The notes beneath the pieces are model-generated. The model had not been told where the DNA came from, did not search any database, and saw only the letters and a program-made list of their open reading frames with translations. Of a DNA stretch of 64,000 nucleotides, positions 42,386-55,112 are shown piece after piece (position 1 is the first letter of the stretch; each line of letters begins with the position of its first letter). This DNA is from Camelus ferus. Lineage: Eukaryota. Position numbers and translations under genes: made by a program. The stretch lies in contig NC_045697.1 of assembly GCF_009834535.1 (NCBI RefSeq), forward strand, positions 71,736,001-71,800,000. The letters run 5' to 3'.

Positions 42386-43269
42386 AGGATGAGAGGATGT
42401 GGCTTGAAAATGGGATTTCAGAGTTTAAGATGAAGGATAAGGATGGAGAACATATGCAGAGGTGGGCAGAAGAGACATGATTAACCAAATTATTATCATA
42501 ATTTTACTATAATGCAGTTATTGATTGAATGGTTCGCCCCCACCCTGCCACTTCTAACCTATCCTTGTCTGCAGAGTGATTGCTTTAAAAGGCAAAACCA
42601 GCAGAGCATCCAAAAGCATGACAACACTACGTACCACTTCACTTGGGTTCTGTCTCTATGATTTTCTGATTACGCGTCCTTGGGATAGCTTCCAGAAGCA
42701 GATCCATACAGTCTTCAGCCCCAGACCATAATAATTAATAACTGCATTCGTGAAAAAGCAAAATGTTTGACTCTGACTTTAGAGGATAACAGCATATAAC
42801 CAGAGAGAATCCTAGGCACTGCTTGTGTTTATAGGAGAAATACAATTTTTTTTCTTGTTCATCTCATAAAAAACAAAACAAGCAAAGCAGCAAACAAAAG
42901 TGGTATTCTTTGGCTCTGACAGGGGATGAATATGAAAGACTTGGTGATTAGAAATTTTTCTCATACAAAGAATTTCTATTTTGATGTCCTTAAATGCTTC
43001 AAAGTATATTGCATTCTTGGGGTACTCTCCAAATCTAATAAATAGTGTAGCCTTTCCCCTATGAGTTCTGAGATACTTCTCTTAATTTTCACCGTGTTTA
43101 TGTTAAAACGTGCTGCTATTATATTTTCACAGAACACTGCATTGTCATTTGCAAACCTTCTAGGAAAAGAATCGTCATTTGCAAACTGACATGTATAAGA
43201 TGGAATACATTTTCCATCCATATCTTTTCACTCTTAGGAGAATCATAGGATCTCCAGAAACATTATGTA

Positions 43270-43605
43270 TAGTGATTAAGCAAAGAACATCTAGATGCAA
43301 ACATCCCACGTTTGAATTCTGGCCTCACTATTATAAAGAGAGGTCACGCCTCTATTAGCTCTTACTAAGTAGATCACAGAATGCAGTGTGCTTTTAAACA
43401 TTGAAGGTCATCAAAATACAAAATTTTTATGCAAAAAAAATTTAGGCAAGATATTTAGTTTATCCTTGCCCCCACTTTCTCATCTATAAAACTGAGATGA
43501 TAATGGTATTTAATCTTACAAAGTTTTTGTGAGGCTGATGAGGTAAATCATGTAATGGGCTTTGAACAGCATTTGGCATGTAGTAGGTATTCAGTAAAAT
43601 TAACT
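43270..43605 (+). mobile_element. MIR SINE (interrupted)
   Basis: tagtgattaagc...gtttgaattctggcctcacta ... tttctcatctataaaactgagatgataat...ttgtgagg...aacagcatttggcatgtagtaggtattcagtaaa. Confidence 0.8.
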
Positions 43606-43619
43606 GAAAATTCTTTCTT

Positions 43620-43865
43620 AATAATGACTTCCGTGTACTGAACACTTAATACAAGGTATCATGCTGGGAGTTTCCATGTATAAGGCTGTTAGTCTTTATT
43701 AGAACTGTTAGGTGAACAACATTCTCATTTTGTATGTGGGGAAATGAAGGCTTAGGATAGTGTTGTAACTTGCCAAAGCCTACCAACTCACAAGGGTCTC
43801 AGCTGGGATTTGAACCCTGCTCCCTAGACTCCAAAGCCCATCTCCTTAGCCTTTTGCCATCCTGC
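43620..43865 (-). mobile_element. MIR SINE
   Basis: tactgaacactta...cattttgtatgtggggaaatgaaggcttag...taacttgccaaag...gctgggatttgaaccc...gactccaaagccc. Confidence 0.85.
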
Positions 43866-44654
43866 TTTTCTTAGGCTTGTGTCTGTGGCAACCTACTCAT
43901 TTGCCTCTTGAAAGAAAATGAATCTAAAGTGAGTGATTACAACCGATTTTGCAACTGTGGCCGCTTACAGTTGAAAATACGAATGACTTTCAAGACCGCC
44001 AGCAAGCATGCCAATGCACAGTGTCCCAAACGAGCTCTTTAGTTTCCTCGTTGCATAAATTGTTTTTTTTTTAATTTTTGTTTTGTTTTGATTGTTTTTT
44101 ACCTTGTACATTTTTAGATCTCATGTCTAAGGGTTAAAGAGAGACAGAGAAAGAAGCTGAAAGTGTCTCCCTCCATATCCCACATGAGTAGATGTTCTTG
44201 GTACTGTTTTAAAAAATGAGCCCAGGAAATGGCTTTATTGGCCCGTGGACAAGTGACCGTGAGAAACTCTAACTCATACAAGCTTCAACCGCGCTATTAG
44301 GCCTCTTGAGACTCTCCAAGCATTCCACATGTGCTTTGCATAAACCAGCTCCATGTATACCTGGAGAAAAGAAAGGGAAAAAAACCTTACCAAATAGAAC
44401 TTCTCAAATTTAAACAAAGGCAATGCATTTGTGAGTGTGCACGTGCGTGTCTCGTTGTGTCAGCCGTTTCTCTTTAACAGGCCCAGTCTTTAAAGGCGGT
44501 ACAGACATTAGGTTGCCGTAGAATCCTCACCAACACCTTTGAGTGTGCAAAATTCTTTCTGAAGTCTGAGAGCAAATGAACAAGACCCTTTTCTACTGTC
44601 TTGGTTCATGCAGATACACAGGATATAGCAATGCTTTCGGTGCGTATGGTTGAA

Positions 44655-44795
44655 ATCCTTCAATTTACAGATGAAAAATTGGAGGCTTAGAGATGTTTAG
44701 GGGCTTGTTCAAAATTATATGCTGGTAAATGGTCAAGAGAGGAACTGAACTCAGGTCTTACTTCAATCACATGCTTTTCTTACTGTACCATGTTG
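44655..44795 (-). mobile_element. MIR SINE fragment
   Basis: caatttacagatgaaaaattggaggcttagaga...ggaactgaactcaggtct...tgcttttcttactgtacca. Confidence 0.8.
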
Positions 44796-45506
44796 CCATC
44801 TTATCATTTTATTTTGTTCAATGAGAAAACAAACAAAAAACAATGACCAAAAAAACAAAACAAACAAAAAAAAACCCCTACAAGGCAACAAAAAAGATTT
44901 TGGAATCATATATTGATGATCACATGCATGGGCTCTCGCTAAGCAAACCAACTGTAACTGAAAAAAGGATTAAAAAATAATGTAGATATTTGTTGGTAAA
45001 TCCTTCCTCCCAGCAAAATTACAAAATGATGACATAGGAAATATAGGTACAAGTATTTCTTTTGTTCAACCAAGATTATCTTAGATTTCATGATTTTAAA
45101 TTCAAAGTTTTTATCAATTAGTCTTTTTATAGAGCTTGTGTGTAAAGATGTATGTATGATTGGCATAGCAGTTCAGGGAAACTGTATTAGGACAGAGCCT
45201 AGCAGCAATGTTCAGGATTTGGTTTCCTTTTTACATATCTCTTTTGAGGATGACTCATTCTGCACATCACTCTTCCCCACCTGGCTTCTGGTGAAACATT
45301 TAAATTGCAAATAAGGAGCACCACAGTACATTTCCCAAAGTCCGAAACATATGCAGAATGACCTGCTAGATGACAAAAGATATGGAAGTAAATGCCAATT
45401 ACTTAAGATTCAATAATTTTTTAAAATTTTATGGCAAAGTATAATCCTGTGATTTTCCCCAAATACTTGGATACCTAAACAATGGTATTTAAAGAAATAA
45501 CAACAC

Positions 45507-45600
45507 TAGGGGACCAGTCACCCCAGTTTGCCTGGAAATGAGGTGTGCTCTGAGATTCAAGATTGCAGTGGTAAAGTCTGGACACAGGTTGATCACGCTA
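45507..45600. mobile_element. MER94-like hAT-Blackjack MITE
   Basis: Terminal inverted repeats taggggacca ... tgatcacgcta, and the interior ccccagtttgcctggaaatgaggtgtgctctgagattcaagattgcagtggtaaa follows the MER94 pattern. Confidence 0.7.
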
Positions 45601-47184
45601 CTGGTCAGCTGAAATCTGTATGGAGGGGTCCCCTCAGTAAGTGTTTGTTCCCCTCGACAGCTAACCTGAACCACTCGCAAAGGCACAGTTTTCATGGAGT
45701 CGGTAGATGATTTTCCACCTTTCTAGATCACAGTTTTCATGGACTCTGTTATCTGACAATCTAGTCATTGATTCTGCAAAAGATCTGCCCGTGTAAGTAG
45801 TACACACTTCTGGACGCTCTGAGTTTGAAAGAATACGGAAGTAGCTCTGAAGCAGGACAGACAAGAGCCCTAAAACAGTTGGGGAAATACTTAGATCGTC
45901 TCCTAATGCTTTCTGGTTAGGCTTTCCCCAGCAGCAGCAGCCATGGTTTCTGAAAGACAATTGACTTTATTCCTTCTTGAATTACTAGCCTAGTGAATCT
46001 AGAGCCCTTCCAGGTTTCTGCCCCTGGAGTCCTCTGTTACGGAAAGCCCTAGGAAGGAAGCAGCACAGCTGAGGGAGGGAGTGTGGTAACCCCGGGCATG
46101 GGGCCGTAGACGCTTCAGGGCCTGAGGTTTTCAAATGCACTGCCAAGGCTGATCCAGCGTATTTCCTTCCTAACATTAATAATTACTTGGCACTAAAGAA
46201 ACACTTGCTGATAGAGCATTTTATGGTATGGTGTTTTATTATCTCTTGTCTTGGAAGATGGTAGCTACTGATAATCTAATAGAGAGGAGAAACTCACTTC
46301 ATTAATTTATTATAGCCCAGAGTCCTAGGCAGGGTGTTTGATTACAAGGGTTCTTTTTTTTTCTGCCAAATTAAAAAGCTGGTGCAGCCCAGTAGATGCT
46401 GTAAAGCTTTTGGTTAAATGCCTCCGGGGTTCTGTTTTCTAGCAGATCCACCATTTGAAGCTTACATTTTTTCTCTTTACTCTATTTCTCCCAATTTATT
46501 TTACTTTAATTTTAATAACAAGCTCACGCTGGTTGTATCAGGTAGTTTTGTCTTTACCAACATGGTGCCATGAAGTCCGGGACCCTGATGCTGGCAGTGC
46601 TGCTGATCACGGTGCGTGTGTACCTGGAGCACAGCACTTACACATCCAAGGCCCCTGGTTTCTTTATCTGTGAGATGGAAAGGTTGGACTAAGGTCTCCT
46701 CCAGCTTTAATACTTTGTGGCTCACTTTTGGATTCAAAGTCATGGATAAATAAGTATGAAAGAAAATCTCTTTCAAAAAGATTTTAAAAAGGAAGATATT
46801 TCAGTTTTGTTAAATTCCAGTGAAAGACTGAGTTACTTGATTTTAGTTTGCCCTGTAGAATGTGTAGGGTCTAGGGGCTGTTGTGACATATGCTGCAGAA
46901 ATGCTTACTGTAGTTCACGTACTGTTCCCAACAGAAGGAAACATCTGAGGGGTTTCTGTACCAGCTGGGATTCACGCCTAATGGAACCGCTTGCTTTTGG
47001 ACAGAGTTGTACATTATCCTGCCTCCTCTACTTTGTCCTTTGCGAGAATTTCACCATCTGCCTGTTAGCAATTATTTGTTTTCTTAATTAATTGGTAGAA
47101 TCTATGATTTTTTAAATGCTTCAAATCAATAAAAAATTTTTTAAAAAAAAGGATGTGAGCTACATACTGTTGTGCACCACGCAT

Positions 47185-47275
47185 GACAATGGAATCAGAG
47201 AACCAGCATGTTTACAGCTGATAGAGGCCTTAGAGATCAATTAGTCCAACTCCCTCATTTTTGTAGATGAGGAAA
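47185..47275 (-). mobile_element. MIR3-like fragment
   Basis: ggccttagagatcaattagtccaactccctcatttttgtagatgaggaaa. Confidence 0.8.
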
Positions 47276-47439
47276 AACACCCAGCTCGTTGTTGGCAAAG
47301 CGCAGAACTTGTATCTCCTTATTTTCTCCATTGTATCACCAGCAAATTATATCTTTCTCGTTCCCAGAAAAGGGATATCTTCTGATGTTTCTAAATTCCC
47401 TTGATTTCATAACTTTAGTGAAACTAAAGAAGCAAAAAT

Positions 47440-48010
47440 TTTAAAATTATCTTACTGTATGAAAGTGTTATATGTATACAGTTGAAAAACCAAATAGTCC
47501 TACAAGGTTTGTAACAAAAAAATAGATGTTGTGCATTCCGCCGGTTCAACTGTCATGCCCCAGAGGCACCACGTTCATTGCTTTGAGCTATTCATTTTCA
47601 CATCTGCTTCCACATTTCTAAATAAACATAGTATATCATTAGCTCTTGATAACTAGGTATCGTCTATTGATTTGTTACTACAGAATGTGAGAATTTACCT
47701 GTTTCCTTGTGTATTTGAAGAGCACAGTTATAACATCCTGAGAAATCATGCATGGAACAGACAATATTTTTGGCAATCTAGTAGAGCCAAAAATATATTT
47801 CAAGCTCACCCTTACTTAGTAACTTGGCTGGATACAAAAATCTAGTTTGGAAATCATTTTCTCCTAGAAAGTTTAAGGCATTGCCCCATTGTCTTCTTGT
47901 TTCCAGTGTTGTCCCAAATTTTACTGGGAAATGCCATGATTTAGATTTTTATTCAGCAGTTTTACTGGACACTCAGTGGAACACTCTCAATATCAAAAGT
48001 CTTGACTTCC
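47440..48010 (-). mobile_element. Ancient L1ME/HAL1-like fragments
   Basis: An L1ME/HAL1-type 3' end (47440-47690) is followed by an ORF1-type segment ttggctggatacaaaaatctagtttggaaatcattttctcctagaaagtttaaggcattgccccattgtcttct. Confidence 0.6.
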
Positions 48011-48139
48011 AGTTTAGAGCTGTTTTGATAAACTACTTTTTGTAAAGCTCTCTAACTGACTAAGCAGAACTGTCACATCACAGCGCTTGGCAGACATGCA
48101 CTTTTTCAGGCCTCTGAATATGTCAGTCTGCTTATACAC

Positions 48140-48628
48140 TCGGTTCACTTCCTATGGATGCTATGACAAATTACCATAAACTTGGTGGTTTAAAACAACA
48201 CAGGTTTATCTTCTTATTGTTCTGGAGGGCAGAAGTCTGAAATTTCACTGGGCTAACATCAAGATTTTGACAGGGCTGGTTTTTTTCTGTAGGTGCTAGA
48301 GGAGGATCTGTTTCCTTGCTTTTTCCAGCTTCAAAAAACTTCCTCCACCTTTGCTTTTCTTGGCTCATGGCCCCTTTCTCCATCTTCAAGCCAGGAGTGC
48401 AGCATTTCAATTCTTTCTCTGCTTCCACCTTAAGATCACTTTCCCTCTTACAAGGACCTTTTTGATTACATCTGCCCACCCAGATAATCTAGGATAACTG
48501 CTTCATCTCAATATGTCTAATGTAATCACATCTGCAAAGTTCTTTTTGCCATAAAAGGTAACAATATTTACAAGTTCTGGGGATTAGGGCGTGGAGATCA
48601 TTGGGAAACCAGTGATCAACCTACTACA
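48140..48628 (-). mobile_element. MaLR solo LTR (MLT1C/D-like)
   Basis: ttcctatggatgctatgacaaattaccataaacttggtggtttaaaacaacac...atcacatctgcaaagttctttttgccataaaaggtaaca...tcaacctactaca. Confidence 0.9.
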
Positions 48629-48819
48629 TAAATCATTGCTCACAACAAATCACACTCCTCATCGTAGTATTAATTAGTGGTGAAACAGACATCACCTCTA
48701 TAGTGAGAGGAACTGCAGAATAAATTGAAAAGAGCTTCAGTATAACATGGAGTGAAGAAATGGGGCCACTCGTGTAATTAATCAATAGCATATGTTGCAT
48801 GTCTACATTACTCAGAGCT

Positions 48820-49260
48820 TTATGATATTTTTAAATAAAGATTTATAGTTTTTACCATAAAGTTCTTGCACATGTTCTCTTCTATTTATTTCTAAATACT
48901 TGATATTTTGATGGCATTTAAATGATGTCTTTAAATTTTTTTGTTTTCTAATTCTTTATCAATGACATATAGAAATGCAATTGATTTTAATATCAATTTT
49001 TGTCCAGTAATGTTCTAAGCATTCTTAGTAAGCTCAGGTTTTTTTTTTCCTTTTTCTTGCCTTATTTTGCTATGGTCACCAGACAATCTTGAATGAAACA
49101 GTGATAGCAAGAAGACTTGTTTGTGCCATTGTATTTCAAAATTAACTATGATGTTTTCTATAGGGTTTTCATTAGTGTTGATATCTTTTATTAGTTTATA
49201 ACCATTTCCTTCTAGTCCTAATTTGCTAAGCAAAGGTATTTCTTTTAAGGTTGGATTCAT
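48820..49260 (-). mobile_element. Ancient L1 (L1ME-like) ORF2 fragment
   Basis: ORF 49015-49260 contains LSKLGLEGNGYKLIKDI..PIENIIVN, homologous to L1 [28 protein letters not shown]. Confidence 0.8.
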
Positions 49261-49829
49261 TTAAGATATAGAAACCAGTGTTTATATTTTGATAAATAAA
49301 TTCATCCAATGGCAGAAAGTTCTTACTACAAATTACCTAGGCTCTTGATAGCTTACTTACACATGTATTTTGAGGTTTACATAATCTTGTTTTAAATAAC
49401 AGTCTTCCAAGAATGTATATGAATCACTCACTAAATATTCTCTGTAGTTAAAGCGAAGCTCCAAATGGATCATTTAACTGTGTCTACCACTGACAAATAG
49501 AAAATAACAACTTCTAATAATATCCTTATTCCATTTACCAACTAAAAAGAACTGCATCATGAAAGAATCTTGGAATTCTTTGGTTCCCATTTAGAATATT
49601 CACAGCAGTGGCTTGCCAAGGCTGAAGTTTCCTAATGAAGTTAACACAAAAGACTGTGAATACATTGTATTCCAGATTTGGAAAGGAACGAAATCTTACC
49701 TAGTTCAAGTTGCACTCCCCCTCTTTCAGAGAAGATAGATATCAGTGAAGCATTGATGCTTCAATTTTTAAACTCCTTGGACATATATGAATTCTTCCAA
49801 AATAACTCTTCTTTACTAGAGTTTATATT

Positions 49830-51000
49830 TGTTCATTTATTTATTATTTAGTCATTTAGGAAATATCTGTCAAAAACCTACTGTGTATTAGGGATTGTGC
49901 TCTGGGACACAACAGTGAGCATGATGTTATGTTAACGTTAAGCAGTTTACACTTCCGTGTGTGAAATCAACAGATACATAAACAACTACCGCACAGAACA
50001 AGGGCTGCTGTAAAACTGAATAAGGACTGTTGTGGGACCCAAAGGAGACTTAATATCTGTCTCGGTGAAGAAGAAAAGGTTTTTTAATTTCCTGAGACAC
50101 CTGAAGAATAAATAGGAGTCAGACAGACAAAATAAGCGAGACAGGCCATTTATATAGAGGGAGTAGAATGTACAGGGACCCAAAAGTGAAAGAAGGAATA
50201 GTATTTTTAGGGAAATTACTCCTGTAATCTGAGGCTTAGACAAGTAGAAATAGAGATAAGCCTGGATTAATGAACGACTTTACAAATTGGGTAATCATAG
50301 AATGTATTATCCAAACTAGTACACTTTTGAAAGTGTATGAGATGATATTAATAATTATGCCATAAATAAATGAACTGGGAATTTCAACAGATTGGAACTG
50401 TTCCAGGCAAGCCAAGACATATGGCCTTCCTTATAAGCGATGTTAAGTATTCTTCTTTATCCCAAGGCTATTGAAGAACCTAGAAGGGTCTCAAGTAAGA
50501 GGGTAGGAGAGTGTCATAAATATTCATTTGACGAGACTCGCTCTTTCTTTAGTGTGGATTACTGTGGGTCAGGGAAATGGCGAAGAGGAACAGATACATG
50601 TGTTGCAATAATTCAGGTAAACAATGAGGTTGCTTCTGGCTATAATTATGGTGATGGTAAAAAAAAAAAAAGTGATAAATTTTGTAGATATTTAGGCAGT
50701 AAAATTAACAGGATTTTCTGATTGAGTGTTTGAAGGATTTGGCAGTGAAAGAGAAAGTCGGAAACACCAAGCACAATGTCCATGTTTCTGCCCTGTGCAA
50801 ATGGACTGGACCATACCAGGGGGGCAGCCACTGAAGATACTGTTTATAAGGCCCTGCACTGTGTTGTGTGTATAAATGTTTGTGGACCAGGGTGGTTGGA
50901 GAAGAGTCTTGTTCCAAAATGTCAGACTAAGCCCTAAATGACCTTCTGAGCTGTCCCAGTAGATGTCTGCAGTTGATGCTGGAACAGAAAGACCAAAACC
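49830..51000 (-). mobile_element. L2 fragment(s), interrupted by MER81
   Basis: The left end is the L2 3' terminus (ttcatttatttatt...aaatatctgtcaaaaacctactgtgtattagggattgtgct). Collinear L2 segments follow (tttgtagatatttaggcagtaaaattaacaggattttctgattg...gaaagagaaagtc). Confidence 0.75.
50288..50432. mobile_element. MER81-like hAT-Blackjack MITE
   Basis: gggtaatcatagaatgtattatccaaactagtacacttttgaaagtg...tattaataattatgcc...ctgttccaggcaagccaagacatatggccttcct follows the MER81 pattern with degenerate terminal inverted repeats. Confidence 0.8.
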
Positions 51001-51911
51001 AGTAGGTGGAATGCACAGCCCATGAAGGACACCAAACAAAGGCACACAGGAGTCAAGGGGTGTGTGAGCACAGGCTGACTTCTAGATATCAAAGGAGCAA
51101 CCCTGAAGTCTGTGTGAATAAGGCAGCATATGCATCCCCTAGGCACAGACAAAGGAGAGGTCACATAATCTGTCCAAGATGGAGAGATCTTGGACAATGT
51201 GTAGTGAAGTCCCTTAAAAGAAACCCAAGGTTTTTCCTTTGTCACCCCTTCCTCTCTTAAAGGCTTCTGATAGTATGGAGGTACAAGGTGAGAGAACAGG
51301 CTTTAAGAAACCATAGCAAAAGAAAGAATGCTAGGTCAGAGTGTGGATGGCAGTCAACCACAGATGATCACTGTCAGTCTCCAGGGAGGAGGGGACAGAC
51401 TATAAAGAATTAAAGATCATAAACAGAAGAACTGTGGCCGAAGTAGCTCAGAAGCCAGGACCTGGGAGGGTAAAAGGGGACCTGGGATAAAAACTGGGAC
51501 ACATTCCTCATGAAATCAAACCAAGTGACAGGGCGCCACTGCCTGAGTCTACCACAGAGCTCTGGAAGCAGCGTTTGGAAGCTGAATGCTGTTATCTGAG
51601 TGATGAATACAGGACATCAAGAGAAGAGCCCCTTGCTTAATTCCTTTGTTTGCTCTCCAGCCCATCTCTCTCAAGTCCTGCTCTTCAGAGCAGAAATATG
51701 GCATTTGGGCTGCCGATCTCCCAACTCCTCCTTTTTTTTTTTGGCTTCACATCTTATAAAGATGTGGGCAATGCCAGCAGCATTCAACCTTTCCAAAATC
51801 CTTTCTCAATTCATTTCCTGTTGCACTTCTGCTTTTTCCATATGGACAGTCCTATCCTGCTTCTTTGTTCAGAACTTTACATCTTTCATGCATATGATCT
51901 TACTTGATAAG

Positions 51912-52170
51912 CCACGCAGTGGTTAAGAGACCTGACTCTGCTAGCCAAAAGACTTAGTTTTTAAATCCCATTCCAGTACTTAACATTTGATCTTGGGCTG
52001 GTTACTTAATCTCTCAGCAACTTGATTTCTTCCTCTATGAAAAAAAAGGAGGTAAAAATAGTACCTAAGAAACTGAACGATTTTAAGGCTACAAGTGATG
52101 ACGTATGAAAACCACATAGTACAGTGCCTACCACATAATATAGATTCAGAAATATTAGCATTTCTTATAA
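51912..52170 (+). mobile_element. MIR SINE, near full length
   Basis: gcagtggttaagagacctgactctgctagcca...ttgatcttgggctggttacttaatctctc...atagtaccta...acagtgcctaccacataatatagattcagaaatattagc. Confidence 0.9.
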
Positions 52171-52585
52171 CTGTTGTCAACCTTGCAATCTTATGTGATA
52201 GACAATATTAGTCCAAATACATATTTTTACAATATATATGTAGACACACACACACATACACATGAAGAGACTCTTAAAGGTTAAATGTTCAAGGTTATAC
52301 ATCCCTAACTTCAGTACACAATCCTTGACCTTAGGTTCAGTATCTCACTGGGCAAACATGAACACGACACTCACAGCAGTTTCAGGGAAAGTGTTCAGAC
52401 CTTCCTTCAGAATTCAACCATAGGGTGTAACCCTGCTAACACTGGCCATGCTCTTTCTTTTATTAGCTGAGGTGGGCAGAGCAGTGGGCCCTTTCTTGTT
52501 ACCCAAGTTATTTTCAAGTTGTTTTATTTGCCATCTCGTCCTAAAAATTGGAAGGGACACAGTTGACCAGTTATGCGTTTGTGTA

Positions 52586-53095
52586 TGTATTGTCCTGGCT
52601 ATACATTGTCGCGTAACAAACTAGCCCAAAACTTGATTAAGACCATAACGATGATTGATTTTGCTCGTAAGTCTGCCATTTGCGCAAGGCTCAGTAGGGA
52701 AAGTTCATCTTCACTATAAATGACTTCAGTTAGAATAGCTTAAAAGAGGGTTGGAGTAAACGCTTTGAAAAAAGGCTCACTCACACGTCTGGCAATTGGC
52801 ACTCTGGACTGAGAGCTCAGCTGGGGGTATGAACTGAGGTCTGTTCCTCTCCACGGGGGTGAGGATCTCCACGTTTCCCAGATTACCTCGTAGCCTGGTC
52901 ACTGGGTTTATGCGTGAACATCCTCAGAGAAGGCCAGGCAGGAGCGGGGGCACTTTCATGGCCCAGCTTCAGAAGTCACACAGAGGCACTTCTGTGCCAC
53001 TGTTCCCTTGAGGAAGTCACAAAGGCCCACCCCCTTTTTCAGGAGAGAAAATATAAACACTCGGCGAGTCGCAAGGTCCTGCAAGAGCATGTGAA
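52586..53095 (-). mobile_element. MaLR LTR (MLT1H-like)
   Basis: tgtattgtcctggctatacattgtcgcgtaacaaactagcccaaaactt...ggctcactcacacgtctggca...gaagtcacacagaggcacttctg...aagtcacaaaggccca. Confidence 0.85.
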
Positions 53096-53129
53096 ATGGG
53101 AAAAATGGAGGAATATGTATGTGCAGACA

Positions 53130-53280
53130 CACACATAGAAATGTGCACTTACGTGTATATCTTCATTGTCAGGTATATACACATATATGCTTTTGTATTA
53201 ATGTGTATATATTTCATATTCAAGTATATATTTCATATTCAAATATATATGCTCATGGTCATATATATACATATATATGA
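53130..53280. repeat. TA/CA-rich low-complexity repeat
   Basis: Repeated tatatatttcatattcaa units and atatatacatatatatg. Confidence 0.75.
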
Positions 53281-53329
53281 AGTATTTGAGCTACGTAAAT
53301 AACAATCCCACTCTGACACTATCTCTGTC

Positions 53330-53495
53330 CCTTTTTAAAAATACTTATATATTTATTTGTTTATTATTTGTCTGGCCTCTGCTTGAATAAATTTCCACAG
53401 AAGCGGGAACATTATAATATTTCATTTACTGCTGTATCTTTGTTACTCAGACTACTGCCTGGCACATAGTAGGCACTCAGTTTATTTGTTGAATA
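53330..53495 (+). mobile_element. L2 3'-end fragment
   Basis: tttactgctgtatct...ctgcctggcacatagtaggcactcagtttatttgttgaat. Confidence 0.85.
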
Positions 53496-54857
53496 GATAC
53501 TGCCTCCAACGTATAGGGCCAAAAATTCACCAGCACAGATGCTAGCTCTCAGGTTAGCCACTGAGACATCTGTTAAAAAAAATAGGTTGGTGGCACTCTC
53601 TTCCGTAGATAGTGAACTTGGCACATGAAGGAGAAAGGATGTGACTGAAGCTCCTGACACCTGCACGTGCAATCCTGTGGAAATACAATTCTCTATCCAC
53701 TCTTTCTGCATTTTAATTCTCTTTCACCAGCCATTGCTAGAAGCTTCAGTAGAAGCATTTTTTTGGATGGCAGCTGTGAAGTATTAAGAAAAACGCAGTG
53801 ACAGATATAAGGATTTTGTTTGGCTTCCACAAGATGCAATTCGTGAAGGCTCGTAAAGTCATGCTTAATAAGTTGCCTGTTTTGCCTTGAGGTGTTTTCA
53901 GTAGCTCATAACAGTATTTATTTCAGAAAGTGTATCTTTTGGCACATGAAGGGTCAAGTGAAAATAATGTGAAAAGATCTTGTTTGGCTTTAGAAAAATT
54001 AAAGCCCCCAAAGCCTGGAAAGCAATAAAAGATTATTACGTGCCTTTTGTCAGATATGAGATACATTATAATGAACCCCTTACAACAAGTACCTCTACAG
54101 CTTTAGTTGTAAACACTTACATCAGCTGCTAATTGTGGTCCCAGCCACTGACACTATGATGTGCACCCTCTGTAGGCATTTTGGTTGTGAGGAAACACTA
54201 TCTAATAGTTGCAGTCAGGAAACAAGTAGTGAATTCATGAATTCCATAATGTTTCTCTGGTACAGCATTTTTAAAAATCTTAAATTTGTATTTAAAGTGT
54301 AAAAAGAATAACATAAAATGCTAAAATATGATATTCAACACTATTGGAGAATGTCAAATGTCTCTTTACTCAAAATCTCAAAAGATGTCATTAAATAGAT
54401 TTTATTAACCCCCCAAAGAAGCTTTCATATGAGCACTGCAAGGTAGCAGTAATTTAGGAATTTCTCTTAATTTTTTCCCCTTACCGTCAACATCAGCATG
54501 ACCACATATAACCATATGATATGTGACCCAGACACATTCATAGAATAAATGCATATGTAGAGAAGGTACCACTTATTAACCAACATTTGAACATGATCTT
54601 TTAGAGCATTTTTAAGAAGTGGTTATGGATTTGAATTATCACTTCCAAAAATTCTGTGAGCTGGCAGATAAAGAGAGATGTGAACCTAATTCCCCACACT
54701 TTATTCTAGTGGACGTGGTGTCGGAGAATAGCTAAGAACAATGGAAAGATCTGATTAGCACAGTGCTAGATTTTGCCGCGTATGGTAAATAGACACCTTT
54801 GGTTGAAACATCAGTAAAGGAGTTCACGACTAATATTGTCAGCATCGTCATCATGGG

Positions 54858-55112
54858 AGGTAACATTTATTGAGTACTTTATAACATGCTGTGAACATAC
54901 TAAATGCTGTCTTTATTGTGTATACTAATGCATTTATTCATCACAGCATTCCTCTGAGGCAGGTGCTATTAGTAGCCCATTTTACAGATGAGCAAATCGA
55001 AGGACAGGGAAGTTAAGTTTTGACCAATATCACGGACTAATAGAAGGTGCAGACAGGATTTGAACTTAGTTGTTGGCTCCTGAGTTCATGCTCCTAACCA
55101 CATTGCTCTGTT
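54858..55112 (-). mobile_element. MIR SINE
   Basis: taacatttattgagtactt...tgaggcaggtgctattagtagcccattttacagatgagcaaatcgaagg...ggatttgaac...tgctcctaaccac. Confidence 0.9.
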
